Below, piece after piece: positions 1 through 9,671 of a stretch of 64,000 nt of DNA. The first letter of the stretch is position 1, and each line of letters begins with the position of its first letter. This DNA comes from Botryllus schlosseri (Eukaryota). The notes under the pieces are model-generated. The model was not told where the DNA came from and ran no database searches. It saw nothing but the letters and a program-made list of their open reading frames with translations. A program made the translations under genes and the position numbers. Location: NCBI GenBank assembly GCA_051294905.1, contig CM119383.1, positions 11,594,001 to 11,658,000 on the forward strand, read 5' to 3'.

Positions 1-939
1 GTAAATTAATATATAGAGTTGAACAGGTCTCATAGTCCACGTACGATGGCTAAGTTTCAAAGAGGCGTAAAAACACTTCAGCCAGACTTCGAATATCATA
101 CAGGGAAGTCAAACAGACAGAAACACACCTCAGGCATTAGGGTGTCCATTCCAACCAAATATACTGATGCTTTTGGTTAAGTCATATTAATATTAGATGT
201 ATATATAAGATTAGTTGATGTCAAACCAGACATGCGTAACTGATGAAAATGATTTGACAAGTTACAGATGGGATCGATGTCCTGTACTCACACAATTCTT
301 CATTTATTTTTCAATAAATTACTTCAACTTGTAGAATCATCGCTGCTTTAAATAAATCAGGAGTATTCGATATATAGGCTACCGTATATGAAATATGGAG
401 AAGCCGACGTAATCCTGCTTGAGAATAGTATAATTCCCAATTCACTGCTACAAAGTTTTGACACCTTCTTTAGTATATTCATATTCTATCGCAATTTTGT
501 CATGTTTTGAACGAAACTCGATATTTTCGCAACTAAACTTACTATACGGCTGGGCCGTTCAGACTGCTCTCTTATCCACCTCCCACATATATACATCATA
601 GATCTCCCTATTACAAGCTAAATAGCTATCAAACTTGGCATTCCGCATTCGTATCTCTATATAGTACCGGTTTCCGCACCAAAAAAGTCAATCTTGCAAC
701 TAGGCAATGCAACTGCAACTATTTTGGTTTGGTTCCTAATGAGGGCCCTCCGATGGACGACAGCAGAATTTAATGTTGACATACTTCAGTGCTTGCGTCT
801 ACTGAAATTAGATATGCGCTAGTGGTCCGCACATTTCGCAAACACGAGCAGAGCGAGGATTTGAAAATTTTAATCGAATTTTGATCTAGGTAGTTAGACA
901 TGATATTTCTACAGATTCATTTCATGCCGTTTGAAATCA

Positions 940-1190
940 AGCCGTTAGCGAACAGTTGGATATTCAATGTGCATGTGCAGTGCATGTGCTATGTTAGTCA
1001 GTGCATGCCTTGCCTTGTTCATTATGCTCTTTTATCATAGTCTGACGGCCATGGCGGTCTTTGACAGAAAGACTGTTCCAAGTCGTTTCGACTTTCGATT
1101 CCTTCATATCTTTACATTCTATCGCAATTTTATGGTGTTTTGAACTGATGAAAATAATAATAAGGGATGATGAAATGATGATCATATTTC
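940..1190 (+). mobile_element. Degraded 3' fragment of the L2-like LINE family
   Basis: Resembles the LINE 3' ends at 5030-5177 and 34450-34590 (ccaagtcgtttcgac...ttctatcgcaatttt.tggtgttttgaactgatg...gatgatg tail). A shorter match lies near 460-520. Confidence 0.55.
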
Positions 1191-1229
1191 GATTCGATTT
1201 TTAGGGATCAGACAAATTTCAATTTGCTC

Positions 1230-1561
1230 GTTCATCATCATTGGTTTATTAGCGATTTTTATCAGTTCAATACACCACAAATGCGATATAATGCGATACA
1301 ATCAAAAGATAGGAAGGTGTCGAAGCGACTTGGACTAGTCTATGCCCTATGGAATAAGACACCCAACTTGGCCTAGGCGATGTAAAGAGGAGGCATGCAC
1401 AGCACACTGAATGAAAAGTGAAGGAAGATAGTATAGAAAAAAGCAAGCGACAAAAATGGGGTGGCGTGTCATGGAAGGCGAGATCGATAGTTCAGACTTA
1501 AATGAAGACATGGACAATGGACATGCTCGTCGACTGTCGGATGGCCGGCAGGATACTATTC
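1230..1561 (-). mobile_element. L2/CR1-like LINE, ORF2 C-terminus plus 3' UTR and (ATG)n tail; distal half of the copy split by the Gypsy element
   Basis: The minus strand from the Gypsy TSD reads VWNSILPAIRQSTSMS and continues the ORF2 remnant at 6814-7350. It ends in AATAAA-ccaatgatgatg and matches the + copy at 33540-34590. Confidence 0.75.
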
Positions 1562-1566
1562 CACAC

Positions 1567-1696
1567 TGTAATATAGTTCAATGTATTTCAAACGTTTGAG
1601 TAAAATACGCACAACCAGTCCTCGAGCCCGTTCTGTCGATCGCGTGACCGGGGCGTCGGGAGCACACATCTAATAAGTACGTTAATCACAATCACA
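1567..1696 (-). repeat. 3' LTR (130 bp, TG...CA on minus strand)
   Basis: Differs from 6671-6808 by 7 substitutions and one 8-bp indel (manual alignment). Confidence 0.93.
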
Positions 1697-1705
1697 CTTC
1701 CCCTT
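1697..1705 (-). promoter_or_regulatory. Polypurine tract AAGGGGAAG
   Basis: Purine run directly abutting the TG of the 3' LTR on the minus strand. Confidence 0.85.
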
Positions 1706-2147
1706 GATCTAGAGATCACAAGGGAAACCAACACATAACGCAACGATGTAACTTCAAACGTGGAAATCAAGTGAAAAATTCTAACACAGTGTATATATGA
1801 AACGGCAAACTTCCCCTTGGTCTGAAAATCGCACGGGAAGCTAAGTCAACGTGATAAGCGTGAAAACGAAAACACAAATACGTAGGCTACTGTACACATT
1901 CGATACATCAAACTGCAAGTTAAATTTTGATATATATGGCTTTGATTTATTGACGGGGAAGGGGAATCATTTATTGGTCTTCCTACCCCCGTGATCAATT
2001 GATCACTTAACCAAATTCAAAGCTTTCGAGTGTAACCCCACAGTGTATCCTATACAAGACTGTCTGGGCTAATTGTGAATAAATAGCAGGAGTCGTTTGA
2101 TATTAGAAGCACACAGAGTGAAGCCAAAAACTAAAACATACTGGGCC

Positions 2148-2520
2148 TAGGGTTACCATACGTCGTCTTTTAAGAGGATTTGTCCTCTTTTTTGACTTTT
2201 TTGAAAGTGTCCTCGGAGGACGCCCTTTTGTCCTCTTTTTTGAGATTTTGTCCTCTTTTTTGAAAAGTTAGGTCAGATTTAGAGCAAATTGCGAGTGATA
2301 TGCCGGAAATAAGCACAGAAGTGACGCTCCGGCGGGTATTTCGGAGTGAAAAACGGTGACTTTAGCTCTGGGCGGAAAGATGACCTTTTTTTTTTGTTTA
2401 GTCAACCGATCACAAAGTGGGAAAAATTTACCGGTTTTTGAGAATTCTTCTCCGGATTTGCAAGTCTCAAATTTCTGAAAAAGTGTCCTCTTTTTAGATT
2501 TCCAAAATATGGTAAGCCTA
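2148..2520. mobile_element. MITE inserted in the Gypsy 3' non-coding region
   Basis: Terminal inverted repeats TAGGGTTACCATA / TATGGTAAGCCTA and internal tgtcctcttttt repeats. The TSD is imperfect. Confidence 0.7.
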
Positions 2521-2735
2521 ATACTGGCGTACAATAAAACAAACAACTGCGGTGTAGGTGTGACTCAAACGATGGACGAAAGCGATTGTGACTGGAATTT
2601 GTCGCATACAGAATTCATATTTGAAGGCTAAAACTTGTAAGGTATATAGAATCACCACAAGGCATAAGCATCTACGCACGAACAAATCAAATGTAAAAGA
2701 TCACTTATTCTTAGTACAGATAATATAATCAAAAT

Positions 2736-5700
2736 CTAGCCTACATAAAAATCAGCCAGCCATTGTGGCGGCGCTCCATCCCGATTTGGTCGCGAATGTT
2801 CAGAGTTATTTCTCTCTATCTCTTGAACGACATTGTCGTCCCCAGGTTGATCAAGTTTATTAGAGTTATTCCTGTGGGTGAAATTATCTTCCGTACCGAC
2901 TGGACCATTTGCTTCAACCGAGTTGCCGCTGTTTCCCGCCACATCGGTGGCATCATCTCCTCTGCTACAATTCAGGTCGATTTCGCGCGTCGTAACACTT
3001 CCTGGTGGGTTAGGTAGATCCTCGACGGCGTGTCTAACGTCAGAAAGATGTCGAACCATCCCGTCAACCTCGACCACCACATCGGCGACGACACCTCTAT
3101 TCCATGTAGTACATCGAGCATTTGGTGGCTTCACGAACACTATATCCAGTACATCGCCGACTCGGTATGGGTTAAACTATTTTGTCGGTCGCATCTCTTC
3201 CTGCTTGCGCGGATCATTGAATACGGCAAACCAGATTCGTAGCGGAACACCTTAGCCGCAGGTACAATATCTTCTGAATTCGGAGTGTGATTGTACCAAT
3301 ACACCATTCGTTCAACACTACCTCCAGATCTCGCGGCCATTCTTTTGATAGTTCTGTGATTCCGCTCAATAATACCATTTCCAGAATGCCGGTAGGCGCA
3401 ACTGAACACATGTTCCACCCCCCAACTGCTCAAAAACTGTCGCATTTTCTGGCTAGTAAAGCAAGGTCCGTTGTCACTCAGTATTTCGCTCGGTGCAGCT
3501 CTTTCCGAGAAGACTTGTTCAAGGATCTGGATGATTTTATCGGCCGTTTCATTCCGCACCGCCCGCCATATCGCAAATCGACTAGGCCCGCAGTCAATCA
3601 AACTCAGGTATGGTCGGGTGTTGACGTAAGTAATGTCAAGTGCCAGACGCTCTCAGACAACGGGAACGGAAAGCTGCCCGTGTTCCCATCTCACGGGACT
3701 CGGATCAATTCTGCGACAGATGTTGCACTCATTGATTACTCGTTGAACAACATCACGAGTAACAGCTTCGCCGATGCTTCTTTTGGCCAAGAAAAGCGTC
3801 CGATTCAGACCTAGGTGATGCACGTTATGAAGAGTCCGTACCCGTTCAATCACGTTCTCATTAGGCCGGTTTACTGCAAGACACACCTTCTTTAGCCAGC
3901 GTTGCGGGACCCTCGTTAGTGCATCTGCGAGATTCTCCGACGATCGTACCCAACGGATTGTGACCTCCATGCAGTATTCCTGAAACAGCTGCGCGATAAT
4001 TCCCAATCTTCTTTTAATAATCATTTCACTTAGCCCACTGACTCTAGGTCGGCGCGAATCTTCCAATATTGACTTGACTCAATGGAACACACTGACCGAG
4101 TCGGTCACTATACTTCCACATCGGTGAAACCCCATCTCAGCACCAAACTTAATCCCTTTACAACAGCGGCCAGCTCCGCGTCATTTCTATGCGTTCCGTC
4201 GTCCTCTTTCCTCATCCATGCTGCATCTTCGACAACCTTCCATTTACGGTCAAACAGCATGCCACCGCCATATTGCTCGCATCGCACCAAATTTGCGCTC
4301 TTCCATCACGATATACTCTCCAGTCCCCTCTTACTGGATTGTTGTCTCGTACCTTCGTCAAGATTTCTTCAGCCAAATGCATAACTGGATTCGGGATTAC
4401 CGCATCCCACGCTATCTCGTTAGTAAGTCGTTTTACATGACTGCATGCAGTTCTTAACCACCCGGCCACGGGATAATGCCCTGTGAGCTTGCCGAACACA
4501 GAAAATAGTCCTCTCTTCGTCGTGTGGCCGTTCAAACTCGGCAGATCACCGTCTCTCCTCCACTCCAGTACTCCATTCTGGGTCTCATTCACCCGCAATC
4601 CAAGTACACGTGCATCACGTAACGGAACTGGATCCTTCGTCGCTAACCCATAACTTGCCAAATGCATGCGCACTTTCTCAACCGCCACAATATTCTCATC
4701 AACCCAGATGTCGTCGATATAGTGGTCGGTTCCCCTTGCTATGTCGTCTTCCAGTGACAATACGGTAGAAATGATCTTGGTCATCACCTTTGGGCCGATG
4801 TTCAAACCGAACCCTATTCGTGTCATAACGTAAACTTTTCTTTGATGCCGCACTACTTGGAATTTTTGCAGCCGCTCTGACACATGAATCTGTAGGTATA
4901 TACCTTCCGAAGATCCAAGATATATGCGCGATTACTTCGTTTGCGCCAATTTCTCAATTTATCTTGGCATACAGCCGCATCTAGTCCGGGGTGACTCATG
5001 ACATGGGAATTCAGCTCGCGGTAGTCCATAGCCATAGCCATAGCCTAGGCCAAGGTGGGTGTCAGATTCCATGGACTACTCCTTGTCGCTTCGACATCTT
5101 CCTGTCTTTTCATTGTATCGCATTTTTGTGGTGTATTGAACTGATAAAATTGCTAATAAACCAATGATGATGATGATAACCGGTCGTACCTTCTGCTGCT
5201 TGTTTGGTTGCTTGACCGCCAGCAGTGGGATTATTCCCTCGTGGGACCCGTGACGACCAGGATCGTACTCCACCAACCATCCGTCTCTGATCCATTGACT
5301 CAGTTCATCATCAAACGATGTACGACACTCTGCTGGTATCTGATATCCGGCACGTTGATTCGTCAACTCCGGCTCGCCATTTTCCCACATCTCCACTCCA
5401 TAGTCCACTTCGCTCCATCAAATTTTGCAATGAAATCTTTATCGTCAATTTGTAGCTGTTTATTCGTCCCGACCACCGCACTTGCTACACACACCTTCGC
5501 ACCAAACCACACGTCCAGATTTGGATCAACGAATACCCCGCCCAGTTGCTGGATAATATCAATACCGAGAATCAAGCCAGCAGCACATACCAGCAGCTCG
5601 GAGGCCACCAGGCATCGCACCCTGACGTTGGTCTCGCTTACAACCATCGTTACCATGGTCTGTCCGTAACAACTAGTGCTTTCTCCATTTAGCATCTCGA

Positions 5701-5870
5701 CAATCCTTCTAGGCCCTAGAAGGATTCTGGCCCTAGAATCTAGGGCCAGAAGCGTTATATCCCATACGACGACACACGTCTACAAGAACAACAGATTGCT
5801 GACACCCAGTATCCACCAAAGCCTTGAGAGGTTTTCCTTCAATTACAACTACAACAAACGGTAGCACCTT
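2736..5870 (-). pseudogene. Gypsy pol (protease, RT, RNase H, integrase), disrupted
   Basis: Protease LVDTG (DTG at 5805-5813); RT TRIGFGLNIGP and YIDD (about 4711-4722); RNase H CDAS, AEL and NLADALTR; integrase HHCC and IDCG/SDNGPCF/IERNHRTIK. Several frameshifts and stops, plus insertions at 5030-5177 and 5714-5744. Confidence 0.93.
5030..5177 (+). mobile_element. 5'-truncated L2-like LINE 3' end inserted antisense into Gypsy RT
   Basis: Removing it restores KVRPV|MDYRELN. It ends AATAAA-ccaATGATGATGATGAT and matches the LINE 3' UTR at 1230-1400 and 34450-34590. Confidence 0.85.
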
Positions 5871-5875
5871 TTTCG

Positions 5876-6655
5876 CTACTTGTGAATACGGGAGAACGCG
5901 TCCGGTGCTGACGGTTCTCCTTGGTAGTTTTCCTGCTGCGGTCCGTTACGTTCATCAGCTCTGCATTGTCGGGCTACATGGCCAAGCTTCCCGCAGGAAA
6001 AACATCTTGGTTGTCTCCTGACAGTTTCGTTACCGTCATTTCTCGGCTCTTTCATGGGACCTTCTCTAGCAAAGTGACCAAGCTTCCCGCAGAAATAACA
6101 GTTGTACTTCCGCTGACGCGAGCCGACCGCGCACGATACACTGAAGTTGTTGCGGACCGACATTATTACCCGTGCCCGTGCAACAAGATCACTCAAATTC
6201 ATTTTGTCCAATCCTGCTACAGACTTCAACTGGCCTGAAACTTCTGATGGGAGTCCATTCACAAATGCGCACCGAATTAACGCCTCGGATTCATCCACCC
6301 GCAACCCAATCAATAGCGCCAGTCGTTTTAGGTCGGAGAGGTACACATCGACAGGCTCGTCATCCATCAGTATTCTTCGCTGGAACTGGCCATACGCGTC
6401 GTAAGAATTTAACTCAAATGCATTTAAAATAGCTTGTTTTGACTTGCTGTAATCCTTCCTGTCCGCTTCTGGTAACTGCTTGAATACTGCAAATGCAACA
6501 CCATCCAACAACAATGGAAAAATTGTTGGCAATTTGTCCGTCAGTTCTTGAAGCTCAGCAACCACTTCTAGTTTCTCGACCCACTTTGCAAAATCCCCAG
6601 ACGTTGGATAATCTACGTAATTCCTCACAATATCAGTTAACTTCATATTCGCCAT
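5876..6655 (-). CDS. Gypsy gag with two CCHC zinc knuckles (one degenerate)
   Basis: Open frame from ATG 6655. Knuckles CYFCGKLGHFAREG and CFSCGKLGHVARQC. Confidence 0.88.
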   Translation of the reverse strand: MANMKLTDIVRNYVDYPTSGDFAKWVEKLEVVAELQELTDKLPTIFPLLLDGVAFAVFKQLPEADRKDYSKSKQAILNAFELNSYDAYGQFQRRILMDDEPVDVYLSDLKRLALLIGLRVDESEALIRCAFVNGLPSEVSGQLKSVAGLDKMNLSDLVARARVIMSVRNNFSVSCAVGSRQRKYNCYFCGKLGHFAREGPMKEPRNDGNETVRRQPRCFSCGKLGHVARQCRADERNGPQQENYQGEPSAPDAFSRIHK

Positions 6656-6670
6656 TGGGCCGCGATAGCT

Positions 6671-6808
6671 TGTAATATAGTTCAATGTATTTCAAACGTT
6701 TCAGTAAAAACCGCACAACCAGTCCTCTCGCCCTCGAGCCCGTTCTGTCGATCGCGTGACCGGAGCGTCGGGAGCACACATCTAATAATTACGTTGATCA
6801 CAATCACT
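6671..6808 (-). repeat. 5' LTR (138 bp; first base mutated, AG instead of TG)
   Basis: Direct repeat of 1567-1696, followed by the CACAC TSD. Confidence 0.92.
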
Positions 6809-6813
6809 CACAC

Positions 6814-7350
6814 GTTCCACATACTGGCATATATTTGATAGAGCGATGATCTTTTCGGTCGATCATATGATATTTGAACGACGTGGACGCGCGTGTGTTG
6901 TACTTGTGCGCTTTTGATTCCGAGGTAAAGAAGTCATTGAAATATTCGGGTCAATGACCGCAGTGGAACTGATACATAGACTTGGCGATTTCTAGTTCTC
7001 GCATATCTTCTATGTTTAGGACACCAAATCTCTTCAGCAGCGACTTGTTGGATGGACTTGGACAACCTGGCCCCTTTGAGCCCTAGCTGTGATACGGAGT
7101 ACGTTATGTTGTAGTTTTTGCAGTGGCTCGAGTGCAGTTTTACTGGCAGCCTCCAAACAGAGGATGTCATATTGTAACTTCGATTGGATTAAGGATTTAA
7201 GAGTATCAGAAGAACCCAGGCTGGCATGAAGTGTCTAAATAAGGCTGTAGAACAGGCCGCACTTCGGTGATAGCGATAGGCCTAATTTAGTGTCTAGGCG
7301 GGACTGAATATGACTCTTCTAGGACATGTCCGAGTCCATTACCTGATATT
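6814..7350 (-). mobile_element. L2/CR1-like LINE ORF2 C-terminal remnant (proximal half of the copy split by Gypsy)
   Basis: Frameshifted minus-strand peptides DSDMS*KSHIQS, IQSKLQYDILCLEAASKTALEPLQKLQH, LEIAKSMYQF and PEYFNDFFTSESKAHKYNTR. Same family as 33240-33600. Confidence 0.75.
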
Positions 7351-7939
7351 TGATCACGGCGTCAGAGAACACACGCGGGAGTATGATAACAGCGACTCCT
7401 CTGTAGGTAGAATGTTAAGTGTTCAGCGGTGAGATAACGCGAGATGATAATATGGAATGTGAATCTTTACGAAGATTCCCCACGCTGGTGCTAGACAGTC
7501 AGTTTCTTACCCAGATTTGAAATCGGTCCTTGACAAACGGCATGGCAAACCTTTTCATTTTCAGGTTTCAAACTCATGTAGCATAAAATTTGACTATTCG
7601 ATCCTCAATCGACTCTCCAATAATAAATGCATATATAGCGTGATCACTATGGATTGGCCAATGAAGGTGAGGCATTTTTTGACCATAACCTATTCTTATT
7701 TCACCCTAATTGACTTGATCAAAGATATTTAATCATCAAATATACAGAGCATGGAAGCTAATAGTTTACTTATAATATTTCCCATTGCTGTCCACTGTTG
7801 ACTTCCGTTTGTCGCATTTCGCGGCACGAGCGTTTCGATATATCTCACGTTAAAAGATTTTATATCGCTTATCATCAGAGTCTGCAGAAAACATTGGTTT
7901 TGAAAACTTTGAATAGTTCATCTGTCAAGCACAGCCAGA

Positions 7940-8330
7940 CCCAGGACCGTAACTGTCCCGCCCCAAACCCCTCAACTGGATATGGGGCGAGCTCGAAGGG
8001 GGACCAAAATTATTTCGTGAATTAACATATATTATAGAATTTTTTTTTTTTGAAAATTTATGCAACTTTTTCTTGGAAACTTGGAAACGATCGGCAGCGA
8101 GAAAAACTTGGCCGAAAAGGACTGCCCTTATATGCTGACCGAAAACTTCGATACACAAATGCCAACATATATGCCTCATTGTCCATTGGCGTCTAAATGG
8201 CTGGCGCCGAATGTTCCTATACTGGCAATCTGAACCCCACAAGGCAAATGCCATCCCGCAGAGAAAAATTATTATATGCCGGTGAAGAAATACCAATTTT
8301 AAATCGTGTGCGTCTTTTAGTTTAGTAGCC
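7940..8330. repeat. Dispersed repeat of unknown class (second copy about 50900-51340)
   Basis: Shares collinear blocks with 50900-51340: ccaaaattatttcgt, ggccgaaaa, ctaaatggc and gtgaagaaat.ccaattt..aatcgt.tgcgtct. Confidence 0.6.
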
Positions 8331-9671
8331 TAGCCTATGTTTGGGCGATTTCAATACCTTTTGACATAGTAGACATAGAGGTCACGAAATGTCATAATGT
8401 AACGAAGTCATTATGCCAACGGGCCCGCCCGGACATGTTTAATTATTATTTACGGGCACTACAATTTCCAAGACACCACACTCAGCTCTACCGGTAAATC
8501 TGATTACGCGAGCAGAGAGAGGATAAAAAATCGATCGCATTATATATGCAATTGACCGATTTAATCATGAATTATGGAAAATTTTCGCGCCAGGCGCGGT
8601 TTGGCGATATAAGCTGACTCACTGCGGTACAACAAATCTCGCTGACAAGTAGCGGTAGCAATTAACGTATAGCGTGTTGGGGGGGTCTGGTTTGGTTTAT
8701 CACCCTATGGGAGACCAAGACCACCGTTCTGGGGGTCCTTACGAAGTGCTGTTTCGGTCATGAGCACATTACGCGGATGTCATCCCGATAACTCGGAAAA
8801 CGGCTATTGAGCACCTCTGACCCTTTGTGACGTTACAATAATATGGCCGTTTTTATCATCTTTGTCTTTCGAAAAACTGCTCTGTGGTAGCCTACACACT
8901 GACCACTGAGTCATAACAGTATCGTCATTGAACTTTAAAAAAAAAAACAGAAGTGTCGTATAGGCCTTGAGAGACGCATTTACTGGAATTGCTTATTGGT
9001 TGCACCGTAATATCATGATGAAGAAATTGGTTAAATAGTCGAGCAGTGTTCTCCACCATGAACGCGTAACAGCTGAGCATGAGCATGCAGCAGACTTGCG
9101 TATGACTGGGAAAAATCGAGTTGAGTCAAGTATTCGGGTACCAGTATGAATACTTGAAAAAAATACAGTTGTACTACATAAAACAGGGCCGGCCAACCCG
9201 TGGCCCACGAGAACGTTTTGAGTGGCCCGCGAGGTAATTTTCGAAATAACTTATATTCTATTATAACTATAATTCTCGCTGATAAAATAGCTAATAGTGG
9301 CAGGGAGCGCATAATTTTGTAACTCGAAAAAAGATAGCGGACATTCAGGCTTATTGCCACGGGGAATTGTGAAAAATTATAAATTGGAAATGATATTATC
9401 TTTCAAAGTCGAAAGACCCGGGCACAAAGAGTACTGCCAGCCTAGAATCTCTTTTGACTCATATCTTTGTTGTCATTCGATGAATGCTTGCCCGAGACGT
9501 TGCAATTTTCGTGACGCGCAATATAATAATAGAAAAATACGGGCGAGTATCAAGCAATTTTACAGCGAAAATATCACAAATATGATATGTATATCTGAAA
9601 TCAAACTAAGAAACAATAGATTCGTAGCTGTTAGCCAGTATTCTGTTGTGATCTATAGCTAACGTGAGATT

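Larger units (their letters stand above)
1567..6808 (-). mobile_element. Full-length but decayed Ty3/Gypsy LTR retrotransposon
   Basis: Direct LTRs at 1567-1696 and 6671-6808, 5-bp TSD CACAC (1562-1566 and 6809-6813), PPT next to the 3' LTR, and domain order gag-PR-RT-RNaseH-IN. Confidence 0.95.

Noticed and set aside
2763-6675. Plus-strand ORFs of 60-175 aa overlapping the retroelement
   Set aside because: They are antisense shadows of gag/pol codon structure and contain no recognisable motifs.
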